NCBI GenBank assembly: GCA_965204375.1
Contig: OZ241986.1
Location: 3,680,001-3,744,000 of the forward strand
DNA: 64,000 nt
From: Candidatus Latescibacterota bacterium
GTDB lineage: Bacteria > Latescibacterota > UBA2968
Direction of reading: 5' to 3'
The translations under genes were made by a program, and so were the position numbers. Shown here piece after piece: positions 49,838-58,943 of this stretch; the stretch's first letter is position 1; the number at the start of each line of letters is the position of its first letter. The notes beneath the pieces were generated by a model. It had not been told where the DNA came from. It ran no database searches and worked only from the letters and a program-made list of their open reading frames with translations.

Positions 49838-52198
49838 CTACTTGTGCAGGATAAAGGCTCCTCGAGACAGCTTGCCCATGCTCTCCTGTACCTCGGATTC
49901 CACGACAAAATAGTACAGCCCGGAAATGACCTCTCCACTGAGGAATCGGTCCTTTAACTCCCAATTGGTCTCGCCGAGAAGCGGGTTGTCGTGTTTGATT
50001 AACGCCACCATATCGCCCGATACCGAAAAGATGCGGATCGTGCACTTGTGGGGCAATCCCACAAATCGCAAGCTCTCGGCACCCTGGTAACTCTGGCCGT
50101 CCAGAGTCACGCTGAACGGGTTGGGCACCACCCGCACCTGTCGCTCCAGATTGTCGCTCATTGTGCTACTGGCCATCTTTGGGCGCAGCGGCACATTGAC
50201 CTTTGTCTCTGGCGAGGAGTAGCCGCCCTCCAGTCCACTTCCCGTGAGGTGTTCCCGGACTTTCGGAGGCAAGTCGGCCAGGGTCACTGACCCTTCGCTC
50301 CAGTCCTGCTTGGGCGAAGCAACGGCGCGGACATTGTAGATATAGCGGAAGCCGGCCAGAGAGTTCGTATCTACATACTTATACGTTCCGGCACTGGTGG
50401 CAGGAACCTCTTCCACCAGTTCCCACGGACCGTATTCCTGAAAGGTAGATCGGTAGATCCGGTAGGCCACAACGTCGGCCGCCCCATATTCGGGATTAAT
50501 TGCCTTTTCAGCGGCGTCGGTCCACGAGAGCTCGATGTTGGCATCCTGGTTATTCCCCGCCTGGAAGTCCACATCCGGTGGGGCGTTGGGGATGCGAAAG
50601 CCGCTGTCGTATGCGAACTGGGCGTGCGACAGGTTCTGCAGGAGGGCCTTTTCACCCTGGGCGAGCACCTGCTTGCGAGCATCGTCATTCAGACCTCTTT
50701 CCCCCACCCCGAATGCCCAACTCATCTGGTCCCTTGCAAAACCGGTCCTGGAATCGACATTGCTCTCTTCTATGTCTCCGGCGTGGCCAAAGACGTAAGT
50801 GACCACGATCTTGGCCTTATCTCCCGGTGCCAGGTCGTAGGGACCGTAGATCTGGTCGGACCAGACGACCCCCTCCGTGGGGGGATCGGCCATCGAGGGA
50901 GCCGTGTAAATATCGTAGAGTTCGGCCATACCTACGCCCTTGCCGATGGGATCGTCGATATTATCAAGCCCGTGTGCCCTGAACCAGTGCCCCAGGACCT
51001 GGTCGCTCTTCGGATCCACGTAGCCCTGTACCAGATCGTTCGCGTTGAAGACGTGACTGGGACCGGAATTGCGAAATGCCAGAGGAGCAAACCCGGCATA
51101 TTCCGGCGCAATCGGTGTGCCCTTCGGCCGGTCTCCGCTGGCCGGGAAGGAACCACCGGGATTTTCAAGGTCGGGATCAAATGGATCTCCCGTGTCTTCC
51201 TCAAAGCTATTGGTGGTATTCCCGTCATATACATAGGTGATGTATTTGCCGGCGAAGTCCGCAGCGGTCAGGCCGCTGAGGGAATTGGGCTGAAAGCCGG
51301 GAGATTCCGAGAAACGGAAGAAATCGTCCAGCCCACCCGACCTGTTGTATCGGATCATCCCACCTTCGTGCCCCCACCGGTAAGAGGTACCGGTGGAGTT
51401 GACGTAGAGGGTGTTGTTGAAGCCGAAGTAGGTGTCATTGAGCTGCTTATCGCCCCGGTTCTCGAACTCGACATCCACGATAATGAAGTCGTCGAAGTCC
51501 TGGTGGCTCCAGGCGTATATCTTCCGCGTCATCACGATGTTGTGCTTGAACCGCGTCTGGGTGATGTGAATCTCCTCAGGCGCGTCCTGCACGGGTGGAT
51601 AGATATGGTAGTCGTAATTGTGAATTTCGTAGGGGTCGGCGGCCGTGGCATCGCCCGACTTGGGCGTTGCGCCGGGATACCAGTTGGCCATTTCCAGGCC
51701 GACCTTGATCCCTCTGGTGGGCACGACCGTGCGGATACCCCAATTGGCCTCCGGGCCGTTCAGGATGTCGTAGATCATCGGGAACACATCCTCCGAGGGG
51801 TGGCGCGGACCGGTCCATGAAACGTGCTTCTCCCCATCCACATTCGTGAGTACCAGCACGCCATTGCCGGATGAATGCATGGTGCCTTCGGACTTGTTCG
51901 CACCGTCAGACCAGGCCTTGTCACCCCAATATTCCATGTAATCGGTAGGATTCATCAGGGTGTAAAATCCCATCATCATGCCAGGGTAGATCAGACGGAA
52001 TGCAGCCCGGCCCGCGCTGTCGGCGTAGTGCATGCCGGAAAACCCATAATTGTGAAAGGTCTCCCAGACAAGCGAGCGCGTCATCATGCGGCTGGCGTAG
52101 TAATCGAGCTGGGCCGAAGCGGTCAGGGCGCCCGACAGCAGCAACGCCAGCGCCAGCAGGCCCACCCCAAGCCATTTCTTTATCAGAGATACAAACAT
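49838..52198 (-). CDS. Secreted protein with Fn3-like domain and T9SS-like C-terminal sorting domain
   Basis: Signal peptide; C-terminal VRVVPNPF...LRFVGLP..CTIRIFSVSGDMV...WEL...ISGLYYFVVES. Confidence 0.75.
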   Translation of the reverse strand: MFVSLIKKWLGVGLLALALLLSGALTASAQLDYYASRMMTRSLVWETFHNYGFSGMHYADSAGRAAFRLIYPGMMMGFYTLMNPTDYMEYWGDKAWSDGANKSEGTMHSSGNGVLVLTNVDGEKHVSWTGPRHPSEDVFPMIYDILNGPEANWGIRTVVPTRGIKVGLEMANWYPGATPKSGDATAADPYEIHNYDYHIYPPVQDAPEEIHITQTRFKHNIVMTRKIYAWSHQDFDDFIIVDVEFENRGDKQLNDTYFGFNNTLYVNSTGTSYRWGHEGGMIRYNRSGGLDDFFRFSESPGFQPNSLSGLTAADFAGKYITYVYDGNTTNSFEEDTGDPFDPDLENPGGSFPASGDRPKGTPIAPEYAGFAPLAFRNSGPSHVFNANDLVQGYVDPKSDQVLGHWFRAHGLDNIDDPIGKGVGMAELYDIYTAPSMADPPTEGVVWSDQIYGPYDLAPGDKAKIVVTYVFGHAGDIEESNVDSRTGFARDQMSWAFGVGERGLNDDARKQVLAQGEKALLQNLSHAQFAYDSGFRIPNAPPDVDFQAGNNQDANIELSWTDAAEKAINPEYGAADVVAYRIYRSTFQEYGPWELVEEVPATSAGTYKYVDTNSLAGFRYIYNVRAVASPKQDWSEGSVTLADLPPKVREHLTGSGLEGGYSSPETKVNVPLRPKMASSTMSDNLERQVRVVPNPFSVTLDGQSYQGAESLRFVGLPHKCTIRIFSVSGDMVALIKHDNPLLGETNWELKDRFLSGEVISGLYYFVVESEVQESMGKLSRGAFILHK

Positions 52199-52225
52199 TG
52201 AAATTCCTCCAGTGTATATTCAAGG

Positions 52226-55200
52226 TCAAAACTTCAGGCGTGCGCCGACCACCCAGTTGCGGGGATAGCGGCCCAGTCCCTGGTCGTAACGGTCTATATC
52301 GCCGTCCCCATACTTCAGATAGGTGCCGTTATCCGGGTCTGGCATCTGCTTCCCCCATTGTATCCAATCGAAACCGGTAGTCATGTCGGCCTTGTCGTTC
52401 CAGAGATTGCGGATCTCCAGAAAAGCGGTGGCTGTCATAGTGCCGCCAATGTAGAATTCCTTCTCCAGGTTGATATCGCTAACCAGAGAGATCGGCCCGG
52501 TCCGTCGCTCCTGGGGACCTGTCGGAGGCGTATAGTTGAAGGGAATGCCGGTATGGAGCCGGTAGAGCAACGATATCCGGAGGCTGGCCAGAGGCGCAAT
52601 GTGAAAGTCAGAGGGACTGGAAAAAAGGAATTGCCCACTGAGAATATTGCGCCGGTCAATACCGCTTTGCAGTGTCGGCGTATTGTATCGGCCGATAGTG
52701 TACGCATAAATCCCTGGCTCGAGTATCTCCACCGGAGCGTTCCAGTAGCCATCGGACAGAGGCTCGCCGATTCGGCTATCGTAATCCCTGAGTTGTGCCC
52801 TGGCCCTTTCGGCCAACTGCACCCGCTCCTCCTGGGTGGGCGCATGAGGGACCTCCTGGCCGTCCGCCTGCGCATCCACACCCACGAAGTATTGGTCACT
52901 CATGACGTATGAGGGTCCGACTACGTGGTAGGCTCGCCAGTTCCGAAAGCCGGAGTTATTCATATTTTTTGTCCACGCGAGATTGTACGCCACGTTGAAC
53001 GTGACCATGTTGCTGAACTGCTTTCGCAGAGAGACCTCGAACCCCCGGGACCACTTCCGACCCCGGTTGCCGGATCCCCTCGAAGAGACACCGTCGTACC
53101 CGAAAGCCGGTTCCTCCAGGCGCCAGGAGGTGGAGCCGTTGGTGATAATCCCCATCTGATCCCTATAAAAGGCGGTGACACTGGCAACGTATTCGCCAGC
53201 GAAGTTCCAGTCAAATCCGGCCTCGAAACTGGTTGATTTTTCCGGCTCGATGTCGGACATCCCGGAGACCGCGTGGTGGAACTGCTTCAGGCTGTTGTAC
53301 TTCTCCCTCTGATCGATCTGTCCGTTCCCGTTCACATCCCTGTCCTCTCCGGTCCCGCCGAATTCCCGCTGGTAAAAATTCTGGATATCGGGAAATTGCC
53401 GGAAGACGCCAGTGAAGAACCGGATCGTGGAGCGATCGGTGATGGGATGAGAGACCCCAATCCGGGGACTCCAGGCGTGCAAAATCGGGAGGTCTTCGGT
53501 CACGGGCATGTTTCGAAAGCGCGTCAGGGATTCGTAGTGTCTGAACATCCAGAGCGTGGCGATATTGCGCCAGCCTTTTACCGGGTCCATCGCGTCGAAC
53601 CGGATACCGGCGTTGATCACCAGGCCCTCAAATTCCATCTTGTCCTGGATATAAACTCCGTACTGGATGGGATGAGCCCGCTCCATACCGATGATCGGGT
53701 CGCCCGAACCGCCGGCAAGGCGGATCGTAAAAGCACGGGCCTGGCGGGAGCCTTCCTCGTGGTGATAGAGGCCATAGCGGGTGATCTCAAACCCGGTTTT
53801 GACAAAGTGTCCCTTGGTGATCTGGCTGCTCAGATCGGCTTTGAGGCGCACCCGCTTGTTGTCCATATACTTAAAGGAATAGATGTCCCTCGGCAGAAAG
53901 TACCCCTTGCTGTCGCGCCGCACCCCTTCGGTAACAGGGGGCACATCGCTGGTGTCGGTCAGGGTTTGCTGCCAGTTGAGACGCACTTCATAGAAGGTCG
54001 TGGGGGATAGGGTGTGGGTAAAGAGGAGATACGCCATCCTTTCACTGAAATTCTGTTTGCCCGCTGCGGAATAATCCTCGGGCAGGAAAAGATTGCGTCC
54101 ACCCCTGGTGATACCCCGCACACCCCCGTCGGTATCTCGCAACTGCCCGGCGAAGGGATCATCGGGATCGATCCTCGTATTGGATCCTCCGATTCGCCTG
54201 CTACCTCTGGTTCCGGGATCGAAACCCTCGTAGTAGGCGAAAACCCCGCCCAACTTCACCTTGAAGTTGGGGGACGGCCGGGTGACAAAATTGCCGAAGG
54301 TCTGGATGTTAAACGGCTCGCGGTTGAGCGCGCTGGGATAGATAGGGGCCTTGCGACTGTGGGCCGCATTCACAAAGAAGGAGACATCCTTAGCGATCGG
54401 TCCAGAGGCCGAACCCTCCAAATAGTGCCCGAACACGCCCGTGTAATCGGTGCGTTCATGCACTTTGCGCCCGGTCTCAGGATCGGTCTCATTCGCAAAG
54501 GCCGGGTCACTCCAATCCACCTTGCCTGCGTGGAAGGGATGATCGTAGATATTCGGTCCCCAGTGCCTCTTGGCAGGCAGATCCAGGCGGTATTCCCCAA
54601 AGCCCGTATAGGCGTCCCGGCCCTCTTTGGTGACCAGGCTGATCACGCCGGCCTGAGCGTTGCCGTACTCGGCCTCCATCCCACCGGTAACCACCTGCAC
54701 CTCCTGCAGGGCACTTTTGTTGATGCCCATCCAGGTGGGGGCGACAAATCCGTCGTTGTTGACGAGCCGAACCCCGTCAATTTCCACAAAGGTATCGTTT
54801 GAGCCCGCCATAGACGCATTGTTGCTGCCCCGAATCCGGAGGTTGCCGTCCAGCGACACGCCCGGCTGTAGCGCGATCACCTCATCAAGGGTGCGCGCAA
54901 GGGGCACATTCTCAATGTCCTCGGCATCGACGACATAACGGCTGAAGGTCCGGTCCGGCTCCACTGGTGGTCGCTCGGCAATCACCACCAGCTCTTCGGC
55001 CTGTAGCGCGGCCTCCACCAGGTTAAAATCGACGGTGGTAGTGAAGTCCGCACGCACGACCACATCCTGTTTGGTCGCCGCGGTATAACCGACCATCGAG
55101 GCTTCAAGTTTATACCTGCCAGGTTCGACCGACAGGATGAGAAAATAGCCCTCTGCATCGGTCGTAGCACCCCTGCGGGTGCCCTGGATCACCACGTTCG

Positions 55201-55339
55201 CCCCGGGCAGTGGCGCGCCTGAGGCGTCGGCCACAACACCATTGAGTTTGCCGACCGTCCCGGCAGGCACGTTTGCGGGCGAGAAGGCGACCAGCACCCC
55301 AATGAGAAACGGGCAAACCAAATAATAAAGGTATTTCAT
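52226..55339 (-). CDS. TonB-dependent receptor with N-terminal carboxypeptidase-regulatory-like domain
   Basis: LPGANVVI..GATTDAEG, plug (IRGS, GGMEAEYGNAQAGVI), SPRIG, C-terminal Phe. Confidence 0.92.
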   Translation of the reverse strand: MKYLYYLVCPFLIGVLVAFSPANVPAGTVGKLNGVVADASGAPLPGANVVIQGTRRGATTDAEGYFLILSVEPGRYKLEASMVGYTAATKQDVVVRADFTTTVDFNLVEAALQAEELVVIAERPPVEPDRTFSRYVVDAEDIENVPLARTLDEVIALQPGVSLDGNLRIRGSNNASMAGSNDTFVEIDGVRLVNNDGFVAPTWMGINKSALQEVQVVTGGMEAEYGNAQAGVISLVTKEGRDAYTGFGEYRLDLPAKRHWGPNIYDHPFHAGKVDWSDPAFANETDPETGRKVHERTDYTGVFGHYLEGSASGPIAKDVSFFVNAAHSRKAPIYPSALNREPFNIQTFGNFVTRPSPNFKVKLGGVFAYYEGFDPGTRGSRRIGGSNTRIDPDDPFAGQLRDTDGGVRGITRGGRNLFLPEDYSAAGKQNFSERMAYLLFTHTLSPTTFYEVRLNWQQTLTDTSDVPPVTEGVRRDSKGYFLPRDIYSFKYMDNKRVRLKADLSSQITKGHFVKTGFEITRYGLYHHEEGSRQARAFTIRLAGGSGDPIIGMERAHPIQYGVYIQDKMEFEGLVINAGIRFDAMDPVKGWRNIATLWMFRHYESLTRFRNMPVTEDLPILHAWSPRIGVSHPITDRSTIRFFTGVFRQFPDIQNFYQREFGGTGEDRDVNGNGQIDQREKYNSLKQFHHAVSGMSDIEPEKSTSFEAGFDWNFAGEYVASVTAFYRDQMGIITNGSTSWRLEEPAFGYDGVSSRGSGNRGRKWSRGFEVSLRKQFSNMVTFNVAYNLAWTKNMNNSGFRNWRAYHVVGPSYVMSDQYFVGVDAQADGQEVPHAPTQEERVQLAERARAQLRDYDSRIGEPLSDGYWNAPVEILEPGIYAYTIGRYNTPTLQSGIDRRNILSGQFLFSSPSDFHIAPLASLRISLLYRLHTGIPFNYTPPTGPQERRTGPISLVSDINLEKEFYIGGTMTATAFLEIRNLWNDKADMTTGFDWIQWGKQMPDPDNGTYLKYGDGDIDRYDQGLGRYPRNWVVGARLKF

Positions 55340-55388
55340 AGAAAAAACTCCTTATCGCGTAAAGTCGTGATACATTACAGGATACGGG

Positions 55389-56102
55389 CTACTGCTGGGT
55401 ATAGAACTTGAACCGCACACCGACGTTGAGCTTCTGGAAAGGGAAGACCTCTTCCAATCCCCAGGCCTCCAGCGGACGCACACTACCCAACACGACGTTA
55501 TACTGCCCTCTCAAGTCGATGGTCAGAGATTGGGAGGTGAAAAACTGCACGCCCAACCCAACATTGAGCCCCAGCGTCATGTGCTGGTCAATCGTAGGCT
55601 CCAGCAGCAGATTCTCGTCCAGAGGCGGCGCGGGCTGACCGGGCCAGATCAGGCCACTGACCTCGTTCTTATATTTAAAATACCCCGTACCCACCACCAG
55701 GTAAGGCGCCCTACCCCCGCCTTCTGCCAGCTTCCTGCCCCCCTGATTGAAATGATACAGCCAGCTAATCGTCCCGCCCATCCAGGTCATCTTCGAACTG
55801 GCCTGTGGGCTGCCATACTCCTGCTTGTCGATCGACCAGAGAAATTTCCGGTTCTCCAGTTCCCCGCCACTGTATTTGACGTAGTGTCCCTCCACTTCGG
55901 CGGTCCACTGCTCGTTGAGGACATAGAGCACCGTCCCACCGAGATTGACACCACCGGAGGGAAACCATTCGTTTAATTTGAAGGTCGGCAGATCGTAGCT
56001 GGCAGCGACGCCAAAGCCCCACGTTCCACCAACTTGCGCAGCGACGCCAAAGGGCCAAGACAGCAGCAAGATCCCCGCTAAGAGCAACATCCTATATCTC
56101 AT
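55389..56102 (-). CDS. Small outer-membrane beta-barrel protein
   Basis: Signal peptide, APYLVVGTG, alternating aromatic beta strands; AAGGAGG RBS. Confidence 0.75.
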   Translation of the reverse strand: MRYRMLLLAGILLLSWPFGVAAQVGGTWGFGVAASYDLPTFKLNEWFPSGGVNLGGTVLYVLNEQWTAEVEGHYVKYSGGELENRKFLWSIDKQEYGSPQASSKMTWMGGTISWLYHFNQGGRKLAEGGGRAPYLVVGTGYFKYKNEVSGLIWPGQPAPPLDENLLLEPTIDQHMTLGLNVGLGVQFFTSQSLTIDLRGQYNVVLGSVRPLEAWGLEEVFPFQKLNVGVRFKFYTQQ

Positions 56103-56210
56103 AATTCCTCCTTTTTTGAGACCTTCAATCTCCTTGAAAACCACCCCAAAATACTATTAAATCTTCCCGTGCTTCACCTCCTTTCAACGGGCATAAATAC
56201 AAGATTTATC

Positions 56211-56377
56211 TTGACAATAAAAGACAACCCATTTTATTTCCTGACCTGGATATGCGAGGAGGTGACAACGCCTCTTCACATCTTTCCAAAGCCGTTAGCT
56301 CCAGTCCCGCCAAGGTCGGTAGCTGACGGCTCTTTTTTTCTTTGAGAAAAGATAAACCGTAAGAATTCTTGTGTCAA
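56211..56377. promoter_or_regulatory. Convergent sigma70 promoters flanking a two-hairpin element (candidate antisense sRNA ~56245-56340, +)
   Basis: + TTGACA(56211)...TATTTC; - TTGACA(56377)-N17-TATCTT; AGCCGTTAGCT/AGCTGACGGCT stem followed by T-run. Confidence 0.6.
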
Positions 56378-56418
56378 GCTATTAGTCAAAGTAAACATGT
56401 CCTTCGTCAATTTCATAT

Positions 56419-58410
56419 TCACCAACTATGCACGCTGTGCCCCTGTCCTGGGAACCAGGCAGCGTCGATGAGGAAACACCAGACGACCCCAAACGTGTAG
56501 CCAATCAGCAGACCCAAAAACAGGGGCATGGCCCGGCGGTAGAGAGCCACCCCGCCAACGCGCATCAGGATCGCCTTGCAGACCCAGGCGAAGAAGACCG
56601 GGATGACGAGGGACTTAGAGTTGTCCGAGGCGGATATGGCCAGACCGATGGGATGGATCGACCACCAGGCGAACCGATACCTCAGGAAGGTGAGCAAACC
56701 CATCAGAGCCGCGCCAATGCCAAAGAAGATCATCCGGTCCAGAGCCATTGGCCCAGGTGTCCTCATATGCGACAGGGTAGAGGAAAAGACACTCTTGGGA
56801 TTCCCTTTGTAGTAGAACGCAAAGTTGTAGGCCCCGTGGATGTATCCCAGATAAAGCGTAAGCCAGACCGAGGCGACAAGCCCGACCAATGCACCGACCA
56901 CCACCCAGAACACCAGCATGCGTCGGTTTTTCCGAATTAAGTCACCCAGCTTGACGGCCTGCGCCAGCCCCGGCGCGAACAGGCCCCGGATATAGTCGAT
57001 CAGCGAATATGAGAGAAGCATCGAGGTGAGGGTGGACCCTGTCATCACGTCGGTTCCCCGCATGTCCATCGTAAAGGCCTGTGCGGTAATGGGGGCCTGT
57101 GTGATGACCAGGCCAGTCTCGGAGACGATTCGAGCCATCCCGATGTAAATGATCCCCGTACCGGCCACGAACACCAGTGCTGTAAGGAGGTCCATGCCGG
57201 ATTGATGGATCAGAAACAGGATATACAACAGGCTCAGCAACAGGCCCAAAACCGATGTGCGGTAAGAGAGGATCTCCTGGCGATCGTCGGCTGGATAACG
57301 GGAATTGAGAGCCTTCAAAAAGACGTCCCTCAGATGGTGCCGGGCCACCCAAAGCCGCCAGAGGACCAGGCTGGCCAGCGCGCCGAAACACTGCCAGGAC
57401 TGAATCTCCTGATCTGCGGTGAAAGAGTCCGAGGGTTGTTCGGTCTGCAAGCCCATGCGGTTGATGATGTGCCCTTCCACCACGTGGATCACAAAGAAGA
57501 ACCAGACGCTGAAGAGGACCTCCAGATTAGCGAAGTAAGCAAAGCCAAGGGTGTAGAACTGCAAAGGGCGAACTCGTAGGGACGGCGAGTAGCGCGTGAA
57601 TTGAAAGTAGCCCCCGGAGGGGATAAGGGCGATATCGGGGACGGCGGGAAAGAACCAGGAGAGGGATTTCCAGAAGAAGAGTCCAAACGCCAGAAGGGCC
57701 GCGACCCAGAAGAGCTTGCTCCGCATCAAGGCCGGCCAGAGGCGCTCCGAATCGGCGTCTCTGGCCAATTCAATGGGTATGGAGACCAGCGGGTACACGA
57801 GTTTCTCGTGCTCGACCCACTGCTTTCGAAGGATGACCATCACACACGCCGTTCCAACCAGGATGGCCGCGATGAGGCTGCTCCACCACACCAGCGGGAC
57901 CAGCCAGACCGTCCAGGGAGCCTGTGCACCTGGAGGCAGCCCCTCGTAGAACATCCTCAGGGCCTCGCGGTCAGTGGGCACCATCCAGGTGCTGAGGTGG
58001 GGGTGATAGTATTCGGCCCACTGGTTTTCAGGGGTGGCAAAGTAGAACGGGGAGGTGATGATGCCCAAGAAAAAGCCGGTAATGCCGGAACCGGGGACGA
58101 CCGACCCGACAATACCTATAGCCACGACTGTCAGAAGTTCGGCGGGGGAAAAGGCAAGTCGTTGCCGATAGAGCTTGAGCAGAGGATTGAGAAATCCCAC
58201 CAGGAGGACGAAGAGGGCCAGGAGTGGAAGCTGAAAATAGGCCAGATTAAGCCGGGTGGACTTGACGACCGCTTCGGCATAGGTCACCCAGAGGTTGGTG
58301 AAGATCACAATGGAGAGCCCCAGAGCGACCGCCCGGAATGTGACCCCACGCTCCGGGAACGGACTGGCCTGCGCTTCGGGCCGTGGAGCAGCAATGACAT
58401 TCTCAGACAT
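56419..58410 (-). CDS. DUF6785/DUF6784-like polytopic membrane protein (putative transporter)
   Basis: GVTFRAV, FYFATPENQW, RKQWVEHEKLVYPL, WWSIHPIG, LFLGLLIG. Confidence 0.8.
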   Translation of the reverse strand: MSENVIAAPRPEAQASPFPERGVTFRAVALGLSIVIFTNLWVTYAEAVVKSTRLNLAYFQLPLLALFVLLVGFLNPLLKLYRQRLAFSPAELLTVVAIGIVGSVVPGSGITGFFLGIITSPFYFATPENQWAEYYHPHLSTWMVPTDREALRMFYEGLPPGAQAPWTVWLVPLVWWSSLIAAILVGTACVMVILRKQWVEHEKLVYPLVSIPIELARDADSERLWPALMRSKLFWVAALLAFGLFFWKSLSWFFPAVPDIALIPSGGYFQFTRYSPSLRVRPLQFYTLGFAYFANLEVLFSVWFFFVIHVVEGHIINRMGLQTEQPSDSFTADQEIQSWQCFGALASLVLWRLWVARHHLRDVFLKALNSRYPADDRQEILSYRTSVLGLLLSLLYILFLIHQSGMDLLTALVFVAGTGIIYIGMARIVSETGLVITQAPITAQAFTMDMRGTDVMTGSTLTSMLLSYSLIDYIRGLFAPGLAQAVKLGDLIRKNRRMLVFWVVVGALVGLVASVWLTLYLGYIHGAYNFAFYYKGNPKSVFSSTLSHMRTPGPMALDRMIFFGIGAALMGLLTFLRYRFAWWSIHPIGLAISASDNSKSLVIPVFFAWVCKAILMRVGGVALYRRAMPLFLGLLIGYTFGVVWCFLIDAAWFPGQGHSVHSW

Positions 58411-58440
58411 TATTCCTCCTTTGAGTTGGAGGCAAGTCGT

Positions 58441-58640
58441 TTATCCACGCATCACTTCGTAATCAACCGTCGCAAACGCGCCCTCCCATTCCCTTCCAAA
58501 CGCAATCACATCTTCCACGCCCTCTTTCAGCGATACCCCGACCACATTCGGCGCCACCTTTCGCACACCTGGCTTTGTCTCTCCCTCTCGATGCGGCACA
58601 ATAACCGCGAGAAATCTCGCATCGCGGCGCGGTTCGGTTG
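58441..58640 (-). pseudogene. Orphan 3' gene fragment (resembles heparinase II/III-type C-termini)
   Basis: Startless frame EPRRDARFLAVIVPHREGETKP...VEDVIAFG...YEVMRG* preceded by a stop codon. Confidence 0.4.
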
Positions 58641-58677
58641 AACTCTATTGAAGCCCTGAAGCATTCAGAATACTGCG

Positions 58678-58890
58678 TCAGATAGAGACATCGCTTTTCT
58701 CATCCATCAGCACGATGAGTTGGCGCACAACAGGTACCAGTTTGCGGGGAACCTGCATAGCGGTGTAATCTTGCTCAAAGGCGGTCTCGTCTTCAGCGAT
58801 GGTCTCTTCTTCCGTCCGGGATTCGACATGTTCGATGACCTCCTGGACGCGCTTCTGATTCCACCCATTAGGATATTTATTTTTATCCAT
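58678..58890 (-). CDS. Small acidic antitoxin-like protein
   Basis: YPNGWNQKRVQEVIEH..RTEEETIAEDE...MQVPRKLVPVVRQLI; AGGAGG RBS. Confidence 0.6.
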   Translation of the reverse strand: MDKNKYPNGWNQKRVQEVIEHVESRTEEETIAEDETAFEQDYTAMQVPRKLVPVVRQLIVLMDEKSDVSI

Positions 58891-58943
58891 ACTTATCGCC
58901 TCCTGCGTTGGCGATGGCGGAGAGCAATTGAGTAAAAGGTGCA

